DNA from: an uncultured virus (IMG/VR IMGVR_UViG_2579779168_000001)
Lineage: Duplodnaviria > Heunggongvirae > Uroviricota > Caudoviricetes
IMG/VR virus record: IMGVR_UViG_2579779168_000001
Reading direction: 5' to 3' (one strand)
DNA: 64,000 nt
The notes below the pieces were generated by a model. That model ran no database searches. It was not told the DNA's origin and saw only the letters and a program-made list of their open reading frames with translations. Position numbers and translations under genes: made by a program. This document shows positions 28,153 to 37,959 of the stretch, in pieces. Every line of letters starts with the position of its first letter. The first letter of the stretch is position 1.

Positions 28153-28635
28153 CTAGGGCTGGGCGGCTGCTATCGACTTGGAGACCAGCCCGAAGAAAAA
28201 AGGGGCGAGTTCGACCACCAGCACCTTCATCATGATCGCGACGCTATCGGCGCCGTCCAGGTTGTCGTCGAGGAGGCGTTCGGATTGCGTGCCCCAGATC
28301 GGAACCCATCCAGCGTCGCCGTCCCGCTTGCGCTTCACGCGCGAGAGGCACTTTGCCTGAACGTAGTCATAGGTCTCGTCCGGCATCTGGGCGAGGAGGT
28401 TCGATGCAGCCTCGAGCCCCGGCATGACCGTCTCCTGGAGGTTCATGTCCAGAAGCGCGCCAGGGTTCTCCTTGAGCTTGTCGAGCGTGCCGGCCGGGAT
28501 CATCGCCGTAACCGACGGGAGGATGCTAACCAGGAGAGGCTGGACGCGACGGGCAACATGCTGCTGCGTCTTGGCGTCCATCGGCTCAGCCCGATAGGTC
28601 TGGCTGCCGATCGTGAATTCGACGGGCTCGCGCAT
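28153..28635 (-). CDS. Tail assembly chaperone (G-like)
   Basis: Between tube and TMP; QQHVARR motif; C CCT TTT slippery site near the 3' end. Confidence 0.82.
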   Translation of the reverse strand: MREPVEFTIGSQTYRAEPMDAKTQQHVARRVQPLLVSILPSVTAMIPAGTLDKLKENPGALLDMNLQETVMPGLEAASNLLAQMPDETYDYVQAKCLSRVKRKRDGDAGWVPIWGTQSERLLDDNLDGADSVAIMMKVLVVELAPFFFGLVSKSIAAAQP

Positions 28636-29096
28636 CAGATCGCCGCCGGCGTGCCGGTCCCGAGCTTCTGGTCGATCCGACCCGAGTTCCAAGTCCACTC
28701 GACGATCTGTCCTGTCTTGCCGTTGTTGAGATCGGGCACCTTTCGCCAACCACAGCCGGCGCAGGAAATGACATCGCCGCGGGCAGGATTGCGGAGGACG
28801 ATGGTGCCGTCGCCGTACGTGGCGCCGGATTGGCGCTCCGCATTCATCGCGTCGTTCAGCAATGCGTTGGTGGGCGAAGTCTTGAGAAGCCGAAGTGTGA
28901 CGGTTCCCGCCCGACCGGAATGCAGGCTGTGCATGTAGCTGCCATCCGCGCCGATCGTGAGGGTGCCGATATCGTCGACCTGCGTGATGCTGATGCCCTC
29001 TTCAGCGACCCCGGCGCCATTGCCGATTGCGAAGGTGCCGCCCGGCCCCGAATACGAGGCGCTGACATCGGCGAAGGAATAGGTGGTCGTGCCCAT
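28635..29096 (-). CDS. Tail tube protein (DUF3277-like)
   Basis: TYSFADV...EEGI...IGADG...LLKTSPTN. Confidence 0.85.
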   Translation of the reverse strand: MGTTTYSFADVSASYSGPGGTFAIGNGAGVAEEGISITQVDDIGTLTIGADGSYMHSLHSGRAGTVTLRLLKTSPTNALLNDAMNAERQSGATYGDGTIVLRNPARGDVISCAGCGWRKVPDLNNGKTGQIVEWTWNSGRIDQKLGTGTPAAI

Positions 29097-29110
29097 GAGA
29101 GCCCCTCAGG

Positions 29111-30919
29111 TCAGCGATTGACGGAGATCAGCACCGGCACGCTGTGCACGGCGCCAGCAAGTTTGGTCGCGATTTGGAAAACGACGGACTCGCGAGCTTC
29201 GCGGTTGGCCTGAGCCTGGCTTGCAACCGGCGGCGCATAAACATAGTAGCCCGTCGGCAGTGTATCCCCGGTCTTCAACTGCCCAATTCCAGCGGCATTC
29301 CAGACGCCGGGCGCAATCAGCCCATTGGTACGAGCCTGAATCAGCCGTTTCTCCATGATGGTCTGGAGCGTCGTCATACCCTCGTCGGTCTGAGGGATCT
29401 TCGGGAAGGTGTAGAGCGCGTTGTAGACGGCGGTCTGAAGGTCGTTCTCCAGCCAGTCGAGGCCGTGCCATTCGTCAAAGAACGATCCGTCCGAGTTCGT
29501 TCCGAACTGCAGGATCGCGGTCGCATTGTCGTAGTTGACGAAGACGTTGACGTTCTTCGCCTTCAGCGTCGCGGCTTGGCTTTCGGTCAGGGTCTCGGCA
29601 ACGACGCCGGGTTCCTGCTTGAACATCATCGTGATGGTGGTGTTCGAGCCCTGGAAATTGACCGTCGACGCCCTCCCGAAGAACGACGCGATGGCCTGAG
29701 GCGAGGACGTCGAATACTGAATGAAGGACCGCTTGTAGCCGGCCACTTTGAGCTGCGAGCCGAGGTCGGTCGAGATCGTGGAATCCACCGCCGTGGTGTC
29801 GGTCGTGGTGAAGCCGATGCGGCGCTTCTTGCCCTGCCCTTCGATAAAGGCGGCTGCCGCGAGGCAGGATGGGATATCGACGTTGGGCTCGGCGATCACC
29901 GCCGCATACCAGTCGCCCGAGGCGTTGACGAGTGCCTGAAGGGCCTGGGTCAGTGTCTCCGCAACGATGCCGTTCGCCGGGGCGCTGGCTTGCCCAGCCT
30001 TACCCTTGAGGAGGGCCGCGACCGACGTACCTGCACCGCCCGAAAGCGTCGCGCCGGAGACAGTGATATTCGTGCCGCTTTTGGCCAGGGTGTAGGCGTT
30101 GCCGCCGGTGCCGGGCGCGTCCGCGATAACGTAGACGTTCGTCCCCACCGCCAGGAAGTTCATCAGAGCGATGTTGACGTCGGTCGAGGTGTTCAGGAAC
30201 GCGGCGAGATCCGTCGCCATCTGAGCCGGTGAAGCCGAGATGTTGATCTGGTTCCCGGTTGCGCCAGACGCCTTGAAGGTGATGGCGGTGCCATTGACGG
30301 TGACGGTGTCATTCACCGCCGGCAGACCACTGAACCCGATGCTGCCGAACGCAGTCGGATCGGCGAGATAGCCGATCGTCGAGGTGGCGCCAGTCGAGCC
30401 GGATTTGATGACGAACCGGCTGTTGACCGCATCCCAGATGACCGTGGACCCAGCCACCAGCGCCGCAACTGCGGTCTGGATCACCGAAGCCACACCATTG
30501 AGGTTGGTCTGCGCCGAGAAGTTGAGGCCGGAAACCGTGCGGGGGATGCTGTCGAGGATGAAATAGAAGGCGCCGGCGGTGATCGCGGTGAAGTTGGCGA
30601 TCAACTGTTCCGTCGAAGACAGCACGCCGCCGTTGAGCGTCGCATGCGTCGCGGTGCGGGCCCAGCGGCCGATGTAGTAGATCGACGGCTGCGGCGTCTG
30701 GCCGAAATGGCGCGCCGCGGCCAGATACTCCGGATCAGTTGTCGAGAAATCGGCGGCGACACCGGTCAGGTTCGAATAGCCACGGATGCGCTGGTTGATG
30801 TCGATGACATCAGTCGCCCCGACGGCGATGCCGGCGCCGAAATTGCGCGTCGGCGCCGCAACGGGCGCCAGGCTGATGTTGATGTTAACGATGTCGCTGA
30901 CAGCGAGCCCTTGGGCCAT
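29111..30919 (-). CDS. Tail sheath protein (DUF3383)
   Basis: [23 protein letters not shown] and LAGAVH motifs. Confidence 0.9.
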   Translation of the reverse strand: MAQGLAVSDIVNINISLAPVAAPTRNFGAGIAVGATDVIDINQRIRGYSNLTGVAADFSTTDPEYLAAARHFGQTPQPSIYYIGRWARTATHATLNGGVLSSTEQLIANFTAITAGAFYFILDSIPRTVSGLNFSAQTNLNGVASVIQTAVAALVAGSTVIWDAVNSRFVIKSGSTGATSTIGYLADPTAFGSIGFSGLPAVNDTVTVNGTAITFKASGATGNQINISASPAQMATDLAAFLNTSTDVNIALMNFLAVGTNVYVIADAPGTGGNAYTLAKSGTNITVSGATLSGGAGTSVAALLKGKAGQASAPANGIVAETLTQALQALVNASGDWYAAVIAEPNVDIPSCLAAAAFIEGQGKKRRIGFTTTDTTAVDSTISTDLGSQLKVAGYKRSFIQYSTSSPQAIASFFGRASTVNFQGSNTTITMMFKQEPGVVAETLTESQAATLKAKNVNVFVNYDNATAILQFGTNSDGSFFDEWHGLDWLENDLQTAVYNALYTFPKIPQTDEGMTTLQTIMEKRLIQARTNGLIAPGVWNAAGIGQLKTGDTLPTGYYVYAPPVASQAQANREARESVVFQIATKLAGAVHSVPVLISVNR

Positions 30920-30921
30920 GA

Positions 30922-31503
30922 TCAGGTCTCCACGATGAAGGGCTGGGTGGCTTCAGGGGTCGAGATCGAACCCTGAGCCGAGAGAAGGTTGAGGATGGGG
31001 TAGGAGCGCGTGATTACGCGCCGGAACTGCATCTCAAGGTCGACCTTGCGGATGTAGCGCTCGTTGACGATGTCGGTTGCCGTGCGGGCCCGGCTGCAAT
31101 CCAGGAGCGCGACGCCCACTGCGTTCAGCGCGTCCCAGTTTTGCTTGATCCAGAGCCCGTCGCGGAGCTGGGAAGCCTTCGAATAGCCGTTGGGCCCGTA
31201 GAAGCTGGCGAGCATTGTCAGCGTCTCGTGCCGCGTCAGTTCGGTGCTTCCATCGCCCTCTGGATGATGTTGTTGGTGAGCGCCCCAGTCCGCATCGAGA
31301 TCCATGATCCCGAAGGCGCACCAAGAGACGTTGTCGGGCGGCATCGGTGGCGGTTTTGGCTGCCAGCGTGGCCGAACATTCACCCGGGTGATCGCGGTGA
31401 GGCCAGAGATCGTGTTGCCAATCAGATCCTCAAAGGCATCATCCTCGACAGGCGTCGTGGTCGACGGGACCAGAGGTCCGCCGGTCGCTGACGTGTTGGC
31501 CAT
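30922..31503 (-). CDS. Neck / tail terminator protein
   Basis: VRPRWQ..PP...WCAFG; position before the sheath gene. Confidence 0.78.
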   Translation of the reverse strand: MANTSATGGPLVPSTTTPVEDDAFEDLIGNTISGLTAITRVNVRPRWQPKPPPMPPDNVSWCAFGIMDLDADWGAHQQHHPEGDGSTELTRHETLTMLASFYGPNGYSKASQLRDGLWIKQNWDALNAVGVALLDCSRARTATDIVNERYIRKVDLEMQFRRVITRSYPILNLLSAQGSISTPEATQPFIVET

Positions 31504-31509
31504 GTCGGA

Positions 31510-31878
31510 TCACCGCAGATCGAGCAGGCGGCAGGTCGCGCAGGTGAAACCGGCGCCGTATCGGGAATAATCATCGACCACGACGACGGTCCATTTCCGG
31601 CCGTTCCAGTCGAGCTCGTCGGCATCGACGCCGTTGCCACCCTCGGTGAAGGTGAAGGTGGAATGGACGATGATGGAGCCTTCCGACAGCGCCGCCTGGG
31701 GATTGCGCTGGAGGTTGCGGCCCTTGTCGGAGGTGACGACGCATAGGATCGCTGTCGATGTCGTCGTGACCGTGGTACGGCCCGTGACAGGGTCAACAGC
31801 CACCGCGTTGCGATAGACCGTGGCGGTGTCAGCGAACTCCGGATCGTCCAGGATTTCGGAGACGTCGAGAGTTGGCAT
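31510..31878 (-). CDS. Head-tail joining protein
   Basis: MPTLDVSEILDDPEF...DYSRYGAGF. Confidence 0.78.
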   Translation of the reverse strand: MPTLDVSEILDDPEFADTATVYRNAVAVDPVTGRTTVTTTSTAILCVVTSDKGRNLQRNPQAALSEGSIIVHSTFTFTEGGNGVDADELDWNGRKWTVVVVDDYSRYGAGFTCATCRLLDLR

Positions 31879-32363
31879 CACTCGCCCTTCTTCCGAACCA
31901 CGTGCGTGATGGCTCGACGGTACTGCCCCGTATCGATCAGCGGCTTCGTACCGGTGCGGCCTTTGGCATTGCGCTTGGCGATCGTGACCGGCGATAGCGG
32001 CGCGAACGGCCCTTCGGTGATCTTCACCTTCACTGCGTTCTCCGCGACGATCCCGACTGCGGTCAGGGTGGCATCGGCGTCCGACGATTTGCCTGAAAGC
32101 GCGGCTTGCGCCCCGGTCTTCATCCGCTTCTCGATCTTGTCGCGAGCGGATTCGACGCCAGGCACCAGATGCGGCCGCGGCGGGATGTTCTGGGTCGGGG
32201 AACCCGTCTCCATCAGGTAGCCGATTTCGGCATTGCTGATGGCGTCGCCGTCGTCGCGCCCGGCCGCTGTGTCTGGGATCCCGACCAGCACCTCTTTCGA
32301 GGTCAAGTCCTTGATCGCTTTGAGGAGAGCCGGCACGCCGTCCTTCGTGATCTTGACGGTCAC
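31878..32363 (-). CDS. Neck / tail completion protein
   Basis: VLVGIP...NIPPRP...KPLIDTGQ. Confidence 0.8.
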   Translation of the reverse strand: MTVKITKDGVPALLKAIKDLTSKEVLVGIPDTAAGRDDGDAISNAEIGYLMETGSPTQNIPPRPHLVPGVESARDKIEKRMKTGAQAALSGKSSDADATLTAVGIVAENAVKVKITEGPFAPLSPVTIAKRNAKGRTGTKPLIDTGQYRRAITHVVRKKGE

Positions 32364-32776
32364 GGGATCGCGAAGCGCTTGTTCGGGACATAGAGAAGCC
32401 CCGCGCCGAAGGCCCTGATCATGGCGTAGAGGCGCTGCCCGTAAACGGTCGCGTTCCAGAGCCCTGCCCCGGCAATAGTCGTAGTGGTCGTGTCATAGCT
32501 AACGCTGACCTTGTCGACGGCCTTCGACGCAACCAGGCTTGAAGACGTTGTGACCACTCCACCGCCGCTCTGCGCCGACTTCTTGGCCTGCGCCGACAAG
32601 ACGAGGTTGTGAGCGACGAACAGCATCACCGCGAGATCGAGTGAAGGGCCGAACCGCCCTGCATTGAGCTGCAGGTAGGCCTGCGTCTCCCAGAAATCGA
32701 ACTGCGCCTGCGGATAGACAGTCGCATCGGAGAACTCAGGGAACGCCGTGACGAAATCCTGGTAGGTAACCGCCAC
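32360..32776 (-). CDS. DUF4054 head-tail adaptor
   Basis: FPEFSD...LFVAH...VSVSYD...TVYGQ. Confidence 0.85.
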   Translation of the reverse strand: MAVTYQDFVTAFPEFSDATVYPQAQFDFWETQAYLQLNAGRFGPSLDLAVMLFVAHNLVLSAQAKKSAQSGGGVVTTSSSLVASKAVDKVSVSYDTTTTTIAGAGLWNATVYGQRLYAMIRAFGAGLLYVPNKRFAIP

Positions 32777-32786
32777 GGCGCGTCCC

Positions 32787-33131
32787 TCAGGTCTTGCTCT
32801 TGGCCGGCGCCTTCGAATCCTCGGCTGGCGCTTTCTCGGACGCGGCCTCGAAACCGTAGGTGATGCCCTGCGGCTGCTCCTCCGCGCCCACCTTGCGCAG
32901 CAGGCCGTTCACGACCGCGCCATGGTTCGGGTTGGCCTTCACCCAGGCATCGAAGAGGTCTTCGTCGACGCCGGCAGTGAGCCCTTCGACGGTGCCGAGA
33001 TCATTCCCGGCCCCCTTGATAACGGTCCGCTGACGATCCTTGGAGAGCCCCGGTTTGTCCGGATTGCCCTCGGGCTCCTCGATGCGGATCGCCATCGGGA
33101 TACGGCTGGCGATGGTGACGGTCTTGCCCAT
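32787..33131 (-). CDS. Virion-associated protein (paralog of 33133-33561)
   Basis: TVTIASRIP...GLTAGVDEDLFDAW...AVVNGLL. Confidence 0.7.
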   Translation of the reverse strand: MGKTVTIASRIPMAIRIEEPEGNPDKPGLSKDRQRTVIKGAGNDLGTVEGLTAGVDEDLFDAWVKANPNHGAVVNGLLRKVGAEEQPQGITYGFEAASEKAPAEDSKAPAKSKT

Positions 33132-33132
33132 G

Positions 33133-33561
33133 TCAGCCTCCGACGCTGGCGGTTTCGATCTTCCGGAATTCTGCCGGCAGGTTCTGGGGATCGGCCGGCT
33201 CCATGCCCGTGCGCTTGTCGGCGTAGCGATCGACGTACTTGTCGATGGCCGCCGGCTGTTCGGAGGCGAAAATGAAGCCCCCCTCGACCGCCGGATGCTC
33301 CTTGTTCTGCTCCAGCCATTTGGAGAAGAAGTCGGCGTCGACATCGCGCGTCAGGGCGTAGCCGCCCCGAAGCTCCTTGGTCGACGGGCGATCCATGGGG
33401 ATGGCGCATCCGTTGATCCGGACGACCTTGCCGACGCGCTCGTAGCGGGTGACTTTCCGCTCGGGATTGCTCTGCGTCGGCTCGGCGACCTCGATGGGGT
33501 TCTGGAGCTGCAGCAACAGCCCATGGGGCAGCTTGCAGGCGACAGTGACGGTTGCGGCCAT
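33133..33561 (-). CDS. Virion-associated protein
   Basis: TVTVACKLPHGL...LTRDVDADFFSKW...GFIFA. Confidence 0.8.
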   Translation of the reverse strand: MAATVTVACKLPHGLLLQLQNPIEVAEPTQSNPERKVTRYERVGKVVRINGCAIPMDRPSTKELRGGYALTRDVDADFFSKWLEQNKEHPAVEGGFIFASEQPAAIDKYVDRYADKRTGMEPADPQNLPAEFRKIETASVGG

Positions 33562-33564
33562 GGT

Positions 33565-34608
33565 TCAGACCCCCAGCATCTGCGAGATGGCAACGGGATA
33601 GCGGATCACCGCGCCCCAGGTGCCGCTGGTCTTCTTCTGCTGCCAGGAGGAGAGCTGACGGACGATCGCGTGATCGCGGAGCTTCTCGTTGAACGCGCAG
33701 TAGCCGGTATCGTGACCGTCGAAGCTGTCGGCGATCAGCTGGACGACGTTGCCGGCCGCCGTGCCGTACCGATAAGAGGTCTTCACCGTCAGGTTGGGGA
33801 AGTTCTTCTGCAGCAGGTCGGAGACGCTGATGCCGAAGGTGTTGGTCGCGGTGAGCGCGACTTCCGAACCGGGCGACATGGCCAGGGTGAGCTTGTCGCT
33901 CTTCTTCACGCGGCCGGCGGTCTGAGCCACGAGCTGCGAGAACATCGCCTGGATGTCGGCGAATACCTCGTTGGCGGTCGCGACGATGGCGTTGTTGTTG
34001 ATCCACTTCACGCCACCGGCGGCCTTGGTGGCCGGGGTGAGCGCAGCGGAGAGCGACGGGTCGTTGAGAAGGCCGTAGTTCTGCAGGCCGCTGACGCCGA
34101 AGTGGTAGGTGTAGTCCGCGAACTTGTCGAGCGTCGACGCCGCCGAGGTCTGGAGCTCGCCGACCCAGTTGAGCTTGGCCGCCCCAGCCCGGTCGATCTG
34201 GAGATCGCCGTATTCCACGACGGTCTGGAACAGGTAGGACTGGCGCTGCGGGAAGGTGGCGTTCGCGTCCGACCGACCATTGGTATTGAAGTCGCCATAG
34301 CTGGAGACTTCGCCGGTATTCTCGACGACCGTGAAGACCGCGGTCTGGGCAGTCCAGTCGCCGGTCTTCTTCTCGCCGAGAATGTCGGCGCCCTCGTTGG
34401 GCGATTGGAGGATGCGGACCACTTCGGGATCCACATACTGCGTCAGCCAGGCCGGGATACCGCCGCTGGCAGTCGTGGCGAGCGCCGGCTGCGCATCGAG
34501 CGCGAACTGGAAATCGGCACGGAACTCTCGGGGCATCCAGTCCATCGCCAACGGCAGATGGATGCCCCACTCGCGCTCGAGGCGAGCGAAGTCGGAATTG
34601 CGGGTCAT
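33565..34608 (-). CDS. Major capsid protein (DUF2184-like)
   Basis: GEKKTGDW, SSYGD, RQSY, YGLLNDP, QKKTSGTWG; GGGAG RBS before MTRNSDF. Confidence 0.88.
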   Translation of the reverse strand: MTRNSDFARLEREWGIHLPLAMDWMPREFRADFQFALDAQPALATTASGGIPAWLTQYVDPEVVRILQSPNEGADILGEKKTGDWTAQTAVFTVVENTGEVSSYGDFNTNGRSDANATFPQRQSYLFQTVVEYGDLQIDRAGAAKLNWVGELQTSAASTLDKFADYTYHFGVSGLQNYGLLNDPSLSAALTPATKAAGGVKWINNNAIVATANEVFADIQAMFSQLVAQTAGRVKKSDKLTLAMSPGSEVALTATNTFGISVSDLLQKNFPNLTVKTSYRYGTAAGNVVQLIADSFDGHDTGYCAFNEKLRDHAIVRQLSSWQQKKTSGTWGAVIRYPVAISQMLGV

Positions 34609-34622
34609 GTGTGGTTGCTCCC

Positions 34623-35123
34623 TCAGCCCAGCGGGGTGTCGGACATTTTGACGAGTTCGCCAGCCGCGCCGGCGGTCATGGCGAACCATTTGGTTTCGGT
34701 GCTGCCGGCGACGGTGGCGCCCGCGGCCGCGAAGCTGATCGTGCCGTCTGCGTTCTTGGCGAAAGCCTTCATGCCGACGGTCACGGCGCCGGCGCCGGCG
34801 TTCTTCACCCAGAAGTCGCCGCCGTTGAACAGTTCGCCGATGCCGAAGCCGGCCGGGATCACCATCCCGGATTCCGCGAGGTAGGTGGTGATGAGCGCCT
34901 GGAGATCCCGATGCAGGAAGCCGGTCGGGGCGCCGGTGCCGGTGTTGGCCAGGATGCGGTTCGTCGAGGCATCGGCCCAGCAGAAGCGGCCGATGGTGAG
35001 CCCGCTAGGGCCCGCGACGAAACCGCCCTCGACGGAGAGCACCGAATGGCGCGGATTGGCGCTGGCGAAGTCGCCTTCGACGGCCGGCGCCTGGGTCAGA
35101 TTGACCTGGGTCTGGAAAGGCAT
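34623..35123 (-). CDS. Head decoration / cement protein
   Basis: FQTQVN...APAVEGDFASANP...GDFW; directly upstream of the capsid gene. Confidence 0.82.
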   Translation of the reverse strand: MPFQTQVNLTQAPAVEGDFASANPRHSVLSVEGGFVAGPSGLTIGRFCWADASTNRILANTGTGAPTGFLHRDLQALITTYLAESGMVIPAGFGIGELFNGGDFWVKNAGAGAVTVGMKAFAKNADGTISFAAAGATVAGSTETKWFAMTAGAAGELVKMSDTPLG

Positions 35124-35139
35124 GTGCTGATCTCCTTCC

Positions 35140-36909
35140 TCAAACCTTGAGGCGGTTGGCGTGCGGGAAGCGGTTCTCGAATTCCTTCGAAGCAGCGGCG
35201 TCCTGCGCGATCGGCTTGCGCGCCGGCGGGATGTCGCCGGGCTTGGGCTGCAGCTTCAGGATGGCCGGGAAGGCGGACGGGTGGACGCCGTCGACATCGA
35301 CGCCGAGCGAGGTCAGGGCGGTGCGGTAAACCGCATCGGCGCTGTCATGCGCCATTGCGAGGTCGCCGACGTAGGGCCGGACGGCGCGCTCCGCCTCGCG
35401 GATATCCTGCTGGGCCTTGATCGCAGCGGCGGTAGCCGACTTGGTCGCGGACTTCACAGCAGCGGCGATTGCCGCGTCCATGGCCGTCTTGGTGACCTTG
35501 TCATCATCCTCTTCGCCGTCGTCGTCCCCGTCTTCGGCCACCTTCTTTTTCTTGTCGTCCTCGTCGTCGGAATCGTCCTCATCGGCGGCGAGATCGGCTT
35601 CCTCCTCGGGAAGGATATCGGCCAGAGCCTCGATGACCTCGGCGGCGTCCTCGATCGAGGAATCCTTCGCGAGCTTGCCTTCGGCCGCCGTCTTCAGGCC
35701 GGTCAGGATGGCCGGCTTGCTGGCCGCGAAGTTCGCGGCGGTCACCTTCGCGAGCACAGGGGCGAGGTCGATCTTGGCGTCCTGCGCCAGCTTCGGCTTG
35801 AGGTAGAGGGAGAGAGCGGTCAGCGCGGCCGCGCCACCACGGGTGATCGATGGCTTCTTTGCCATGCTGATGAACTCCTTGATTTTGGGGATAGGCTTCT
35901 CATCGCCGACAACGACGTCCGGCCCGGCGCGGCCTTCTTTGACGAGGGCGACGTGGTTGCCGATCAAATCGCGCATCACGCCGTCGTACCTGGCCCCTTC
36001 GAAGGTGCCGGGGGTCATGTCCGCGCGATATCGATACGCGCTCGACAGTTCTTTCTGCGTCTCGGCTTCGATGGCCTTGATCGCCAGACCGTCCCAGATC
36101 GACAGATCGGCCTTGAGGTAAGGGGCTTCCCAGATCGGGTTGCTGATGGAGCCGGCGACAGCCTCGTGCTCGTGATCATCGGCTGTCACTGGCCGGTGGA
36201 TGTTCAGGAGCGGCTTTCCAGCGAAGGATGCCGCGGCCTTTTCCAACTCCTCCGGGTCGCGGAGAAGCTGGTAGAGCCGGTCGGGGTTGAGCCCGAGCCC
36301 TTCCCAGTCGGGGATTTCACGCCCGTAATAGGGGCAGACATTCGCCTTGCTGATCGGCGTGCGCGCCACATGGAGATGGCCGTCCTGATCGTAGGTGCGC
36401 GCTGATGCGCGGTCGAAGGCGAGCGCATCCCCTGCCATCTTCGGCTTCCAGTCTTCATCGATCTCGGAGAATTCTTCCGGCCCCAGTTCGATGGGGCCTG
36501 CGTATGGTTCGATCTGCGCGATATCGATGTCGCCCGGGTCGTACGTGACTGTGATGTGCGGCCTATAGGCGTCATGATCCCAAGAGGCGCCGGCTTTCCG
36601 AAACTGCTGCCAGCGCTTGGCAAGGTCAGAGGATTCGAAGCGAAGGACGATGGCGCCCTTATCACCGAGCTTCTCGATTGAGCGCTGCGCCTCGTGATCA
36701 GCTAGAGACGGTATTCGAATGCGGTCGAAATCGTCCGGGGCCGCGAACCAGTCGAACTTGTCCTTACTGTAGGCGATCGTAACGTGAAGGTCGGAGGCCG
36801 CGAGAGGCTTTGATAGCCCCTGTTCCATCGCCCAAGCGATCAAGGCGTCTGCGTTCAACACCGGGCGCCGCGCGAACAGCGTCCGTAGCTCGGGCTGCTC
36901 CGTCGCCAT
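35140..36909 (-). CDS. Acb1-like 2H phosphodiesterase fused to a DUF2213 putative prohead protease/scaffold
   Basis: N-terminal LHVTIAYS and PHITVTY motifs; then ISKANVCPYYGREIP, ELSSAY, NHVALVKEGRAG; GAGAG RBS before ATG 36909. Confidence 0.85.
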   Translation of the reverse strand: MATEQPELRTLFARRPVLNADALIAWAMEQGLSKPLAASDLHVTIAYSKDKFDWFAAPDDFDRIRIPSLADHEAQRSIEKLGDKGAIVLRFESSDLAKRWQQFRKAGASWDHDAYRPHITVTYDPGDIDIAQIEPYAGPIELGPEEFSEIDEDWKPKMAGDALAFDRASARTYDQDGHLHVARTPISKANVCPYYGREIPDWEGLGLNPDRLYQLLRDPEELEKAAASFAGKPLLNIHRPVTADDHEHEAVAGSISNPIWEAPYLKADLSIWDGLAIKAIEAETQKELSSAYRYRADMTPGTFEGARYDGVMRDLIGNHVALVKEGRAGPDVVVGDEKPIPKIKEFISMAKKPSITRGGAAALTALSLYLKPKLAQDAKIDLAPVLAKVTAANFAASKPAILTGLKTAAEGKLAKDSSIEDAAEVIEALADILPEEEADLAADEDDSDDEDDKKKKVAEDGDDDGEEDDDKVTKTAMDAAIAAAVKSATKSATAAAIKAQQDIREAERAVRPYVGDLAMAHDSADAVYRTALTSLGVDVDGVHPSAFPAILKLQPKPGDIPPARKPIAQDAAASKEFENRFPHANRLKV

Positions 36910-36958
36910 GTTATCTCTCGTTTGAATGGCTGGCGCCGCTCGGCTATCGTGATGAGGC

Positions 36959-37195
36959 ATGACAGAGCATCCTTCCGACCCCACCGAAGTGATCGAGGCG
37001 CTCAAGGAGCTGGCCCGCGCCAGCTTCGTCGACAATTTCCCAAACATCCCAGAAGACGAGACGATCGAGGGCGAGGCCGCGATCATGATCGGCGAGATGC
37101 TGGCGGACTTCCGTAAGATCGCGGCTGGGGCGTCTGATGGCGCCGCCATCGCCCAAGCGTGGATCGACAGGGTCTTCGACTACGGCGAAGAGTAA
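36959..37195 (+). CDS. Small acidic hypothetical protein, opposite strand within the head operon
   Basis: 78-aa ORF filling the gap between two head genes. Confidence 0.6.
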   Translation: MTEHPSDPTEVIEALKELARASFVDNFPNIPEDETIEGEAAIMIGEMLADFRKIAAGASDGAAIAQAWIDRVFDYGEE

Positions 37196-37959
37196 TCGTC
37201 CTTCAGGATCGGTTCCGCGTAGCAGCGGCAATTCCAGATCGCGCCAGGCAACGCGTGGTGGCCGGGATCGCACTCCGGCGGGTCGTCCCATCGGAACGAC
37301 TTGCCGTTAAGCGCACGATGCGAGGGACGGACATCGCTGTCCCCCGACGTGCGCCAAATGAAGTGCGTGGAACCTATGCTCTCCGCCCTCGCCCGCGTCA
37401 GTTCGGCCGAGGTACGAGACACTTCCGTCCGCGCGATCAGATCGGCGCGGCTCTTGGTCACCTCGCCGGTTTTCATGATCTCAGCAGCAATTTCGCTAGC
37501 GCGGGCGCCGTTGCTGATACCCTCGATGGTAAGCCTGTGGACGCGCTCCGCGGCCTCGGTAGGAAGCGACGTGATCAGTGACACTTGGTCCGCGAGCCGC
37601 TGCCGCAGTAAAGCGCCAGTGGGAGCCTTCGCGATCTCCCGATGGACTGCGATCCCCATCTCCCGAGAGACAGCCATCCAAGCCTTTCGGTCCCGAGCGG
37701 CGACTTCCGCCACCATGCGGCCGCCGACCGAACTGGCCCAGGCTTCGATGGTACCTGCGTAGCGCCGCAGCGCTCGTTCGACGATACCGGCCGACGCTGG
37801 ATCAGCCTGGTCAAACAGGCCCATGACCAGATCGCCAATGTGGCGCGCGACCTTGCGCAGCTGTCGGGAATACGTCACCTCAGCCTTACGGGCCCGGATG
37901 AATGCGCTCTTGGCGCTGGGCTCCGCACGGTCGAAGGCGAGGCGATGACGACGGCTCAT
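37180..37959 (-). CDS. Head morphogenesis protein (Mu F / SPP1 gp7)
   Basis: RADLIARTE, WRTSGDSDVRPSH and PG.IWNCRC motifs. Confidence 0.92.
   Translation of the reverse strand: MSRRHRLAFDRAEPSAKSAFIRARKAEVTYSRQLRKVARHIGDLVMGLFDQADPASAGIVERALRRYAGTIEAWASSVGGRMVAEVAARDRKAWMAVSREMGIAVHREIAKAPTGALLRQRLADQVSLITSLPTEAAERVHRLTIEGISNGARASEIAAEIMKTGEVTKSRADLIARTEVSRTSAELTRARAESIGSTHFIWRTSGDSDVRPSHRALNGKSFRWDDPPECDPGHHALPGAIWNCRCYAEPILKDDYSSP

Noticed and set aside
33040..36405. Long + strand ORFs (33040-34884, 35161-36405; similarly 29144-30232 and 46882-47904)
   Set aside because: They are antisense shadows of well-supported GC-rich genes and contain no recognisable motifs
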